DNA of 64,000 bases from Candidatus Levyibacteriota bacterium. GTDB lineage: Bacteria > Patescibacteriota > Microgenomatia > Levybacterales > UBA12049. The stretch spans positions 35,934 to 99,933 of the forward strand of contig JAYRIM010000028.1 of the NCBI GenBank assembly GCA_041906785.1, written 5' to 3'. This document shows positions 39,914-49,745 of this stretch, one piece after another. Both the position numbers and the translations under genes were made by a program. The notes under the pieces were generated by a model. The model had not been told where the DNA came from, did no database searches, and worked only from the letters and a program-made list of their open reading frames with translations. Position 1 is the first letter of the stretch; each line of letters starts with the position of its first letter.

Positions 39914-40633
39914 ATGATGAGCATTTCAGTTATTATTCCAGTATTTAACGAAGAAAAAACTATCGGATTGGTTGTAGAACATTTGAATAAAGTAGACTTT
40001 GGAAAAAATGCAAAAGAAATAATCATCGTGAATGATGGATCTTCAGATAATACTGCCGAAGAAATAGATAAACTTAAAAAGAAGTATAGAGAGGTTATTG
40101 CACTTCATCACGAGAAAAATAAAGGAAAAGGAGTAGCTGTAAAAACAGGGATTAACGCTGCAACAGGTGAATACATCATAATCCAAGATGCAGATCAAGA
40201 ATATAATCCCTCAGATATTCCAAGTTTGCTTGAACCGATTTTAAGTGGTAAAACAAAAATAGTATATGGGACACGTTTAAAAAGAATGCCGGATTTTTCA
40301 AGAGATGAACGGTCTGTTCGCTTTTTACTTCATTATATAGGTAATAAATTTCTTAGTTTGTTAATCAGCGTGTTATATGGTCAATGGGTGACTGATATGG
40401 AGACGGGTTATAAAGTATTCCCTAAAAAATATCTAGATGGGATAACGCTGCGTTCAAGAAGTTTCGAATTGGAGCCTGAAATTACAGCGAAATTTATGAA
40501 GAGAGGATATAAAATAGTAGAAGTGCCGATTTCAACAAATCCTAGAAATTATAAAGAAGGAAAAAAATTACATACTGTCCGAGACGGTCTTATAGCCTTA
40601 TGGACAATTTTCAAATACAGGTTTACTGAATGA
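39914..40633 (+). CDS. GT2 polyprenol-phosphate glycosyltransferase (DPM1-like)
   Basis: PVFNEE, NDGSSD, GKG.A, QDAD.EY, DMETGYK, FELEPE. Confidence 0.9.
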   Translation: MMSISVIIPVFNEEKTIGLVVEHLNKVDFGKNAKEIIIVNDGSSDNTAEEIDKLKKKYREVIALHHEKNKGKGVAVKTGINAATGEYIIIQDADQEYNPSDIPSLLEPILSGKTKIVYGTRLKRMPDFSRDERSVRFLLHYIGNKFLSLLISVLYGQWVTDMETGYKVFPKKYLDGITLRSRSFELEPEITAKFMKRGYKIVEVPISTNPRNYKEGKKLHTVRDGLIALWTIFKYRFTE

Positions 40634-40634
40634 A

Positions 40635-42113
40635 ATGAAAAAACTGATTAAAATATACTGGTTCCCAGCTGGAGTAATAATAATTCTTCTGCTAGGAGCA
40701 TTTCTTCGCTTTTATAGGTATGAAGATCGATGGGGTTTTGCATATGACCAAGCATATGATGTTATTGTCGCAAAGTATGCGATAGAAGAACATAAACTCC
40801 CAATACTCGGACGTTTCTCTTCTGCTGGACCGTTCCAAACAGGGGGACAATGGTACTGGATTATCATGGCTGGTATTCTTATATTCCCTTTTTGGGTTAA
40901 TGGGCCATGGATTTTTATTACTTTGTTATATCTTTTATTTGTTCTGGGAATGATTTATTTTGGTAAGGAACTTTTAGGAAAATCTTTTGGGTTGCTTGTT
41001 GGTTTGTTTACTGCAGTATCGACAGCACAAATTACACAAGGAACAAACTTAACTAATCAATCTCCTCTGGCACTTTTTTCTTTGTTAACGCTTTGGTCTG
41101 GATATCTGTACGTTAAAACAAAAAAACCTGTATGGATTTTTATTATGGGTTTTAGCACATCTACTGCTGCTACAATACATTTGCAGGGGGTTATGGTTTT
41201 TCTTCCGCTTGTTCTGACATTAGTATTAGCTGGAAAATTACCTACAAGAAAAAATATACTTTTTCTTTTTTTGGGAATATTATTACCACTTGTTCCTCTA
41301 CTAATGTATGAGATAAATCATGGCTTTTATAATACAAAAAACATTATCACGTATCAGTTTTTTAATAAACATAAAATTTCTTATGATCAGTTAGGCAGGC
41401 GATGGTTAACATATATTGGTAATTTTTGGCCAGAAAATTGGTCTTTTATTATAGGTGGCAATATAATGATAGGCTATCTGTTCTTTTTTGGTACACCGTT
41501 TCTTGTTATTTGGCACGCATTAAAGAAGAAAGTAAAAAAAGAATGGTATGTTATATTTCTGACATGTGCAATCTCTGTGATATATCTGCGATATGTTAGA
41601 ACTCCTTTATTTCAGAGTTACTTAGTGTTTCTTCATCCTTTTGTTTTACTTATTACAGCTCGGGCCGTATATTATTTTCTGCGATTTAGATTCATCATTG
41701 GACTTCTACTAACAGTGGTGATTGTATTAATGAGCTTTATGCTATCTGTGGATCATATACAGCGAGCAACAAATCGAATGTCCGAGGAAGCAGGACATTG
41801 GGCAGATGTATTAGTTAACAATTATCCTAATAAAAAATTTACAATGTTTGACTATAAATATTACTCAGGAAGTTATAGTTTACCACTTGTTTATTACTTA
41901 TATCATAAAGATAAAATTGACGATTCGGGATATAGAGTAAGTTTTGGAATATCATCAGAAGATAAAAAATTTCATAAAATGATTAAAGGAAATAAAATGC
42001 GATTTGAATTATGGGACATGAATGCGAGTTCTTCAGCGCAGTTACAAAAAGCAGGATATGCTTTTATGAATCCAAGTGAAGTGTACCGATCAACACAAGA
42101 TTGGCAAAAATAA
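40635..42113 (+). CDS. ArnT/PMT-like GT-C membrane protein, DQ subtype
   Basis: LRFY..F.YDQA.D, P.LG..SS, multi-TM. Confidence 0.75.
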   Translation: MKKLIKIYWFPAGVIIILLLGAFLRFYRYEDRWGFAYDQAYDVIVAKYAIEEHKLPILGRFSSAGPFQTGGQWYWIIMAGILIFPFWVNGPWIFITLLYLLFVLGMIYFGKELLGKSFGLLVGLFTAVSTAQITQGTNLTNQSPLALFSLLTLWSGYLYVKTKKPVWIFIMGFSTSTAATIHLQGVMVFLPLVLTLVLAGKLPTRKNILFLFLGILLPLVPLLMYEINHGFYNTKNIITYQFFNKHKISYDQLGRRWLTYIGNFWPENWSFIIGGNIMIGYLFFFGTPFLVIWHALKKKVKKEWYVIFLTCAISVIYLRYVRTPLFQSYLVFLHPFVLLITARAVYYFLRFRFIIGLLLTVVIVLMSFMLSVDHIQRATNRMSEEAGHWADVLVNNYPNKKFTMFDYKYYSGSYSLPLVYYLYHKDKIDDSGYRVSFGISSEDKKFHKMIKGNKMRFELWDMNASSSAQLQKAGYAFMNPSEVYRSTQDWQK

Positions 42114-42114
42114 T

Positions 42115-43389
42115 ATGAAATCTTTACGGTTTGATTCAATTCTTCTCATGATTCTTGTTATACCTTTTATCATGAGCTATAGAATAAGCCCATTTGCAAC
42201 TCAATATTGGTACTTTAGCATAATATTTTTTTTCTTATTACTATATTTGTTACTAGATTTCATAAAAACTAATGAAAAAGTTTTTAATTTTCGAAAAGAT
42301 AAAGTATTAATACTAACTATTGTCATAGTGATTGGGGGAGCTTTTTCATCGGCTGTTATAACTAGACATAAAATCCATCCTATTTACCAAGTCCATGATA
42401 TTATACTTCAGCAAGAGGCAGCCATGCGTTACTTTCTTGACGGGAAGAATCCTTACAAAGAGACATATTTTGGAACCTTTTTGGAACAATGGCATTATTC
42501 TGATAAAGAGGTAAATCCGGCTTTATACCATTTCGTGATGGAACCGTTTTATCTTCTTTTTCCTCTTCCTTTTTATTTCGTATCGAATAGACTCATCGGA
42601 TATTTCGATGCCAGGATACCGCTTTTCCTTCTTTTTTTCGGTTTACTAGGTTTTGCATACCATTTGGTAAAAGATTTCGAGAAGAGACGGTTATTTATCA
42701 TTTTACTTGCATTTCATCCCGCCATGCTTCCTTATACATTAGAAGGACGCTCAGATATTTTTATGTTTACTTTTCTTTTTTTAAGTTTATATCTTCTTCA
42801 TAAGAAAAAAATGTTATTAAGTGGCATGTTTATGGCTGCATCTTTTGCTACGAAACAATCATCCTGGTTCATTTTTCCATTTTATGTATTCTATATATAC
42901 TTCGTCTTAGAAAAAAATGTAAAGTATATTTTTAAATCATTACTAGGTTTTTTCTTAATATGTAGTTTAATAATATTTCCTTTTGCTGTATGGGATTGGA
43001 AGGCTTTTTATGACAGCACTATTGGATACTTAAATGGTAGTATTCAGCATAGTTATCCCATCTCAGGATATGGATTTGGTAGTAGTCTTGTGGAGTTAGG
43101 AATTATTTCAAATAAATTTTCTTATTATCCATTCATTATCTGGCAACTTTTATTCGGATTTCCCGTTCTTTTAATTCTTCTAAAATTTATTAATAAAGAA
43201 AAAACATTAAAAAGTGTTATCGCATCGTATGGAATATTTTTGTTTATTTTTTGGTATTTTTCGCGCTATTTTAACAATAGCCACATAGCATATATTTCTC
43301 TAATTTTTCTTACTGCTTATTTTTGGCCAGAAGAGCCAAGCCAAATAACTACAGATGGCGGTAATAGAAAAGATAAAACCAATCATTAA
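42115..43389 (+). CDS. GT87-like GT-C membrane protein
   Basis: HD..QQE.A...L.GKNPY, D.R, EGRSD, TKQ, multi-TM; start chosen at ATG 42115. Confidence 0.65.
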   Translation: MKSLRFDSILLMILVIPFIMSYRISPFATQYWYFSIIFFFLLLYLLLDFIKTNEKVFNFRKDKVLILTIVIVIGGAFSSAVITRHKIHPIYQVHDIILQQEAAMRYFLDGKNPYKETYFGTFLEQWHYSDKEVNPALYHFVMEPFYLLFPLPFYFVSNRLIGYFDARIPLFLLFFGLLGFAYHLVKDFEKRRLFIILLAFHPAMLPYTLEGRSDIFMFTFLFLSLYLLHKKKMLLSGMFMAASFATKQSSWFIFPFYVFYIYFVLEKNVKYIFKSLLGFFLICSLIIFPFAVWDWKAFYDSTIGYLNGSIQHSYPISGYGFGSSLVELGIISNKFSYYPFIIWQLLFGFPVLLILLKFINKEKTLKSVIASYGIFLFIFWYFSRYFNNSHIAYISLIFLTAYFWPEEPSQITTDGGNRKDKTNH

Positions 43390-45693
43390 AGATTTCGGCT
43401 CATATTTAAATTCTACTAGGTGTGAACCAGAAGGTATTACAATTGCACGGAAAGTATAATTGGCGCGAAATACTTTTGTTTCTCTTCCATCTACATATGC
43501 TTTCCAGCCAGGATAATAGTTATCTGTTAGTACAAGCAAGGCATTGGTGTCTGTAACTACTTGTAAGAAAACTTCATTCTCTCTATATGTATCTATTTTT
43601 ACGGTTCTAGAAGTTCTTTTATTAACACCCTTATGCGATTTAAAACCTGGATTGTTTTCTAAAATAACACTTTCTGTAACAGCAAAGCTTGGATTAAATA
43701 GCCGTTCTAATATATCTTTTTTATTTTTCTTTATTTCGTATGAAGTTACTAAATATGCCCGTGGTAAAGCTTTCTGATTCTCTACAACAGTCCACGTATT
43801 GTCTCTCCAAACAATTTTTTCTTTTTCTAATAAAGTTTCTGTATTTTTATATATCAGATATTTTACACTTAAGATAGAGAGTAATGTATTCCTTGATTTT
43901 TTTAATTCTGGTTTTTCTTTTATAGCAATATCATTTCTTATGTTTGCATCACCACGTGGTAATATCTCTTTTAATTCTCCTGTATTTGCAAACTCAAGTA
44001 ACTCCCGATAGCGCGTAATGTATAGTGGATGATAGTATTGGGGATCATAAAATCGAAAATGAGTAGCAAAATTCGTCGGAATTGTACCACCACCTAATCC
44101 AAATACTCTACCGTCTCTTGTATTGTTAAAAAGTGCTGAAAGAAGAGGAATTTCAGGAAGAACAGAATCTCGAGGGGAAAACGGTAGATACTTTTCGCTA
44201 TTATATAATCCCAGAAATATAACAAGCAGAATAATCCCAATGGGTAGAGCATGTTTTAATTTATTATGTAAACGCTGAAAAAAAAATAATGCAAATGCTA
44301 CTGGAAGAAACACAGCCAGCTGCAGTAATGTATTACGTAAACTAATGTCATAACATTGCGGAATAAATTGTGAAGGACAGGGCTTTTTAGAAAAGAGAAG
44401 AAATAACGTGTAAAAAAGTATTATGAAAATTATTGTCGTATATGAGATAAAGCTATACATGTTAACTCTTTTCTTTTCTAACCATTCTTGATAACCTATT
44501 CCTGCAAGAATCGCTCCAGAAAACGTAGTAAGCATAAAAATCCGAGACGGAACACCTGTCGAAATAAGTGGAATTGGAAGAGATGATACGATACGTGCAG
44601 GTAACCAATCGAGTGTCATGGCTATAGTTACAATAATGGCTAAAACATAAAAATTCTTGAAAATGCTTTTTTGTTTTACTATGCCGAATAAAGATATAAA
44701 AATAAAAAAGCAGGAAATTATTCCAATTGAATTAACTGTTTGGACATAATCTCCTTTCCCCCAGTAATTATATGTTCCAAGGTTACCAAAATAATTTGGA
44801 ATAATGATTGCAATAAGATTATTAAAAGGTAATAAGAACTCATTAAAAATATTTCCTGATGTTTCAGTCCGCACATTAGAATATTTATATAGTTCATATG
44901 TAGGCAATAATTGGATAGATGCGGTCCCAATACCAAGAATATAGAGAGAAATAATAAAAAATAGTTGTTTTAGATGTATTTTTGGCCCAAGTGAGCTAAG
45001 GCGAATAAGAGCATATAGTAAGGTAAAAGATAACACATAGAATGTGATCTGAGGTTGAGTAATAACAGTTAATAAAAAGACAAATATGGGTAATAAATAG
45101 ATGTTCCTTGAATGTTTATTCTGAATAAATGACTCTAAAAAATACAGTAAAAGAGGAAGTATAGCAATAGCTAAACCGTACATACCGAAAATAAGTCGGG
45201 CAATTGTAAACCCTGAAAAAACGAAAGTAATAGCTGAAAAAAAAGCAGCAGTTGTACTTAACGAAATTTTTTTAGCATATAAATATGTAAAGTATCCTAT
45301 TAAAAATGGCTGTAGAATAATATATATACTCCATGCATATTCATTTGGAAGAAAAAAATACAATATATTAAAAGGATCGAGAAACCCTATATTTATTGTT
45401 GCAAATAATGGTTGTCCAGCGCCATTATAAGGATTCCAGAGTGGCATGCTGCCTCCTTTTATGAGATCCATAGCTAAGACTTTAAATGGAAATATTTGCC
45501 GAAATACATCATCAGCTACAGGCTTATGAGCTAATGTAATAGCATTATTTTGGAAATTACTGCTTTTCCATGGTTCAAACCAGGCTAACAAAAAATTTCC
45601 CGGAAATGGAAGAAGACCGAACAGGAAAAATTTCCAGAAAATGAAGAGAGAAATACAACAGAAAAGGAAAATAATCGCTTTTTTTCTATCCAT
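43300..45693 (-). CDS. YfhO-family membrane protein (putative GT-C)
   Basis: DDVFRQIFPF, PLWNPY..AG.P, PNYFGN, YYPGWKAYVDG. Confidence 0.85.
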   Translation of the reverse strand: MDRKKAIIFLFCCISLFIFWKFFLFGLLPFPGNFLLAWFEPWKSSNFQNNAITLAHKPVADDVFRQIFPFKVLAMDLIKGGSMPLWNPYNGAGQPLFATINIGFLDPFNILYFFLPNEYAWSIYIILQPFLIGYFTYLYAKKISLSTTAAFFSAITFVFSGFTIARLIFGMYGLAIAILPLLLYFLESFIQNKHSRNIYLLPIFVFLLTVITQPQITFYVLSFTLLYALIRLSSLGPKIHLKQLFFIISLYILGIGTASIQLLPTYELYKYSNVRTETSGNIFNEFLLPFNNLIAIIIPNYFGNLGTYNYWGKGDYVQTVNSIGIISCFFIFISLFGIVKQKSIFKNFYVLAIIVTIAMTLDWLPARIVSSLPIPLISTGVPSRIFMLTTFSGAILAGIGYQEWLEKKRVNMYSFISYTTIIFIILFYTLFLLFSKKPCPSQFIPQCYDISLRNTLLQLAVFLPVAFALFFFQRLHNKLKHALPIGIILLVIFLGLYNSEKYLPFSPRDSVLPEIPLLSALFNNTRDGRVFGLGGGTIPTNFATHFRFYDPQYYHPLYITRYRELLEFANTGELKEILPRGDANIRNDIAIKEKPELKKSRNTLLSILSVKYLIYKNTETLLEKEKIVWRDNTWTVVENQKALPRAYLVTSYEIKKNKKDILERLFNPSFAVTESVILENNPGFKSHKGVNKRTSRTVKIDTYRENEVFLQVVTDTNALLVLTDNYYPGWKAYVDGRETKVFRANYTFRAIVIPSGSHLVEFKYEPKSLMIGFIFSITAICSYLAWLFWPKISSKKN

Positions 45694-45753
45694 GTACAAT
45701 CAGTTTTTATGCATGTTTATGATATCATATTACCAGAAGAGTTATAGAAAAGA

Positions 45754-46518
45754 ATGGAAACGCAAAGAAAGTTGAAAAAGAAAGTTATCGTAGTGATGCC
45801 TGCATATAACGCTGCAGATACACTTGAGCGTACTTACAAAGATATTCCTCCACAGGTAGTTGATGAAGTTATTCTGGTTGATGATGCAAGTAAAGATAAG
45901 ACTGTAGAGGTTGCCAAAAGATTGGGAATCACTGTCATTGAACATAAGAAAAATCTTGGATATGGTGGAAATCAAAAAACATGCTATAAAGAAGCTTTAA
46001 AACGAAAAGCTGACATTATTATTATGCTCCACCCAGATTATCAATATGATAGTACTTTGACAGCTGAGTTAATACGGCCTATCGAACAGGGAAGATTCGA
46101 TATTATGTTTGGCAGTAGAATTCGTACTAGAAAAGAAGCATTAGCTGGTGGAATGCCTAGAGTTAAATATTTCGTAAATAGATTAGTAAGTCTTATCGAA
46201 AATATTATCTTAGGGGTTAATTTTACTGAACATTTAAGTGGTTTTCGTGCATATTCTGCTAAAGTATTACAAACATTACCGATTGATTTTTTCTCGAATG
46301 ATTTTGTTTTCGATCAGGAATTGATGATCTCGGCGATAGCTTCAGACTTTAAGGTTGCAGAATATCCTGTCCCAGTTCGTTATTTCTCTGAAGCGTCTTC
46401 TATAAAGTATAAAGCAGGAATAAAGTTTCTCCTTCAAACATTCTGGGTTTTATTTCTTTTCGTTCTTTTACGATTACACATATATAAAGCAAAAATTTTT
46501 ATCTCTTATGAACGCTAA
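45754..46518 (+). CDS. GT2 polyprenol-phosphate glycosyltransferase (DPM1-like, HPD variant)
   Basis: MPAYNA, VDDAS.D, NLGYGGNQK, LHPDYQY, SGFRAY, FVFD. Confidence 0.9.
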   Translation: METQRKLKKKVIVVMPAYNAADTLERTYKDIPPQVVDEVILVDDASKDKTVEVAKRLGITVIEHKKNLGYGGNQKTCYKEALKRKADIIIMLHPDYQYDSTLTAELIRPIEQGRFDIMFGSRIRTRKEALAGGMPRVKYFVNRLVSLIENIILGVNFTEHLSGFRAYSAKVLQTLPIDFFSNDFVFDQELMISAIASDFKVAEYPVPVRYFSEASSIKYKAGIKFLLQTFWVLFLFVLLRLHIYKAKIFISYER

Positions 46519-48106
46519 AAAAAGTTTATTTTTTCTAGTGCTTTTCTTTGCAGCATTTCTTCGTTTATACAAGCTAGATCAGATCCCGATAAGTATGAGT
46601 GACGATGAAATAAGACTTTCTTATACAGCGTATAGCATTTGGCATACAGGGAAAGACTTGTATGGTAAGTATTTACCGTTAGCTTTTGTTATTGATGATT
46701 TCGCATTTAATCCAGTTCCAATATACTTAGTTAGTCCTGTCGTAGGTATAGCTGGCTTAACAATGTTCTCTTCCCGACTTTTATTTGCACTTTCTGGAGT
46801 TATATCTATAGTTCTCCTCTATAAAATAACGAAAAAAATTACAGAAAACGATACTATTGCATTGTTATCGATGGCAGTTCTTACGTTTTCCGCATGGCAT
46901 ATACAGCTATCACGTTTTGCTTATGAAGGTTCAATGGCACTATTATTTTTTCTTTTAGGTATTTATTTGTTTTTAATAGCTACAAAACGCTTTGTAGTAT
47001 TTGTTTTTTCTTTTTGTTCCTTTGTGCTTGCGTTTTATAGCTATAGCGGGACGAAACTGATTCTTATTCCTATAGTATTTTCTCTTCTTTGGTTTGCGCG
47101 GAAAAACACGAGTAATAAACGAAAAGTTGCAACTATTTCTCTTATATTCTTTTGCTTCATATCTTTTTCCTTATTAAGTAAATTTCAAGGTGCCTCTCAA
47201 TACGGTTCTACTCCATTCTTTTTCCAACAAGGGAATGTAGCAGAGGCAGTAGAGTTAGAGCGAAGAGCTTCCCAGGCCCCAGAGTTTTTAAAGCGCATGT
47301 ATCATAATAAAGCGACATATTGGGGTAAAATATTTTTTGACCATTATTTATATGCGCTTTCACCCCAACACTTATTTCTCAATCAAGAAGGAAGTGGCAT
47401 TTTCTCGGTATGGTTTAGGGGACAATTTTATTATATTGATGTTATTTTCCTACTAATAGGATTTCTCTATTTATTTTTATATAAAAGAAAAGCATGGACA
47501 CTACTATTATTATTTATCCTTATTGGGCCTTTACCTTCTGCTCTAGGTGGAGTTCCTTTTACGTATACAATTCGTTCTAGTTTCTTACTGCCTTGGCTCG
47601 CTGTTTGTATTGGGGCAGGAATATATGCAGTTCACGTATTTGCGAAAGGTAAATATGCTTTATTAGTGTATACGTTGATTTTTACATCTTACGTTTATTT
47701 TATTGGTGGATATTTAACGCAGTATTACTTTGAATGGATGAGATATGGTTCGAAATATTATTCTAAAGGAGCAAAAGATTTTACTTTATTTGTCCAACAA
47801 CAAAAAGATAAAAAGATTATCGCATATAATACTAATTCCATTCAGCTACTGCATTATGGATTTTATACACAGACCGATCCGAGTAAAATGCAATATGCTT
47901 TAAAAAATAAACCTTTTCAAATTGACAATGTTCGTTTTTTGCCAGTTTGTAAGCAATTTGACAACGAAACACATGCTGAGATTCCTCATGATACTATTTA
48001 TATAGTAAAAGAACCGTGTAATAGTCCAATAAAACCAAACAGTATTATTAAATCATCTGATAATCTTGTTGAATGGAGGATGTATTATGCAACTAACAAA
48101 AAATAG
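46508..48106 (+). CDS. ArnT/PMT-like GT-C glycosyltransferase
   Basis: DDE...YTAYSIW.TGKD.YG, WHIQLSR.AYE. Confidence 0.85.
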   Translation: MNAKKSLFFLVLFFAAFLRLYKLDQIPISMSDDEIRLSYTAYSIWHTGKDLYGKYLPLAFVIDDFAFNPVPIYLVSPVVGIAGLTMFSSRLLFALSGVISIVLLYKITKKITENDTIALLSMAVLTFSAWHIQLSRFAYEGSMALLFFLLGIYLFLIATKRFVVFVFSFCSFVLAFYSYSGTKLILIPIVFSLLWFARKNTSNKRKVATISLIFFCFISFSLLSKFQGASQYGSTPFFFQQGNVAEAVELERRASQAPEFLKRMYHNKATYWGKIFFDHYLYALSPQHLFLNQEGSGIFSVWFRGQFYYIDVIFLLIGFLYLFLYKRKAWTLLLLFILIGPLPSALGGVPFTYTIRSSFLLPWLAVCIGAGIYAVHVFAKGKYALLVYTLIFTSYVYFIGGYLTQYYFEWMRYGSKYYSKGAKDFTLFVQQQKDKKIIAYNTNSIQLLHYGFYTQTDPSKMQYALKNKPFQIDNVRFLPVCKQFDNETHAEIPHDTIYIVKEPCNSPIKPNSIIKSSDNLVEWRMYYATNKK

Positions 48107-49745
48107 TTTTTTTTGGTTATTATGTATAACCATACTGGCACTTTTTTTACGTTTCTATAAGATAGACGTAAATCCTCCTTCTTTAACATGGGATGAAGTT
48201 GCCTGGGGATATAATGCATACTCATTAGGTATTGACGGGAAAGATGAATTTGGGAAATTTCTGCCGTATTCATTTCTGGAGTCATTTGGTGATTTTAAAC
48301 CTCCTGTATACGCGTATCTTACTATTTTGCCAGTAAAAATTTTTGGGCTTAACGAATTTGCCACCCGGTTTCCTTCAGCATTTTTCGGTACATTTACTGT
48401 TTTTGTAACTTTCTTTCTTGTTAAAGAAATTTTTTACTCTTCTGAAAGGAAAAATATATATGCCTTATGTACAGCTTTTTTGTTAGCGATCTCACCTTGG
48501 CATATTAATCTCTCTCGTGCTGCATTTGAAGCAAATGTTTCATCTTTTTTCATTATTTCTGGTGTTTGGCTCTATTACAAAGGGATTAGAAATACGCCTT
48601 GGTTACTTTTGTTATCAGCTTGTTCTTTTGTATTATCTTTTTATACATTTAATACTGCACGAATTGTTGTCCCATTATTACTGTTTGTTTTAGTAATTGG
48701 CACTTGGAATAGCATAAAGAAAATAAAAAAAGTTTCAGTATTAGCTGGTGCTATTTTTGTTACTTTATTACTTCCTATTTTACCTTTTCTATTATCTCCC
48801 CAAGCTAAACTTCGGTTTAATGAAGTTAATATCTTTTCTGATATTGCAGTTATTTACCGTACAAATGACCAGATGTTGCAAGATAATAATGTTTGGTGGT
48901 CAAAGTTTATTCATAATAGACGTTTAGCATTTGCAGTGGAATATTTGCGACATTATTTCGATAATCTTAATCCAAAATTCCTCTTTATTTCTGGAGATGG
49001 GAATCCTAAATTTTCTACTCAAGATGTAGGACAATTATATATCTGGGAACTGCCATTTCTTATTTTTGGAATCCTTATGCTTTTACGTCGAAAAGAAGGA
49101 TATTGGTGGTTTATACCGTTGTGGCTTCTTCTTGGTATTATTCCTGCCGCTACAGCACGGGAAACGCCGCATGCATTACGGATCGAAACAGTATTACCTA
49201 CATTTCAGATATTCACGGCATATGGTTTCATTCATGTCTTAACGAAAATATCAAATAGTAAATATCAAATAGCAAATATTAAACTTAAAAATTTAGTAGC
49301 CGCCTGTTTTATTTTATTTTTCATTTTTAATTTTTTATATTATGTTTATGATTATTATGTTCATTACTCAAGAGATTACTCTGGTGAGTGGCAATATGGT
49401 TATAAAGAAGCTATTAGTTATATAACGAAAAACGAGTCTAAATATAACAAAGTTTATTTTACAGATAGTCTTGGAAGACCATATGCCTATGTTCTTTTTT
49501 ATACTAAGTACAATCCACAACTTTTTAGAAAGCAAGCTAAAGTTGAACGAGAGGCATTAGGTTTCGCGCATGTGAAATCGTTTGGAAAATATTACTTTGC
49601 AAAAAACATCAGATTGTTATCAGGAGATAATAAACAGAAAATACTATACATAGATGTCAAAAACAATGTACCAGAGCATGCCCATATTCTAAACACATTT
49701 TATTTATTGAATAGCGAGACGAGTCTAGTTGCCTATACATTATGA
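48087..49745 (+). CDS. ArnT/PMT-like GT-C glycosyltransferase
   Basis: WDE..GYNAYS...GKDEFG, GDFKPP, SPWH..SR, PHALR; GGAGG SD before ATG 48087. Confidence 0.85.
   Translation: MQLTKNSFFWLLCITILALFLRFYKIDVNPPSLTWDEVAWGYNAYSLGIDGKDEFGKFLPYSFLESFGDFKPPVYAYLTILPVKIFGLNEFATRFPSAFFGTFTVFVTFFLVKEIFYSSERKNIYALCTAFLLAISPWHINLSRAAFEANVSSFFIISGVWLYYKGIRNTPWLLLLSACSFVLSFYTFNTARIVVPLLLFVLVIGTWNSIKKIKKVSVLAGAIFVTLLLPILPFLLSPQAKLRFNEVNIFSDIAVIYRTNDQMLQDNNVWWSKFIHNRRLAFAVEYLRHYFDNLNPKFLFISGDGNPKFSTQDVGQLYIWELPFLIFGILMLLRRKEGYWWFIPLWLLLGIIPAATARETPHALRIETVLPTFQIFTAYGFIHVLTKISNSKYQIANIKLKNLVAACFILFFIFNFLYYVYDYYVHYSRDYSGEWQYGYKEAISYITKNESKYNKVYFTDSLGRPYAYVLFYTKYNPQLFRKQAKVEREALGFAHVKSFGKYYFAKNIRLLSGDNKQKILYIDVKNNVPEHAHILNTFYLLNSETSLVAYTL
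49246..49280 (+). repeat. Degenerate heptamer tandem array (AAATA[T/G][C/T] x5) inside CDS
   Basis: aaatatc aaatagt aaatatc aaatagc aaatatt. Confidence 0.8.
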
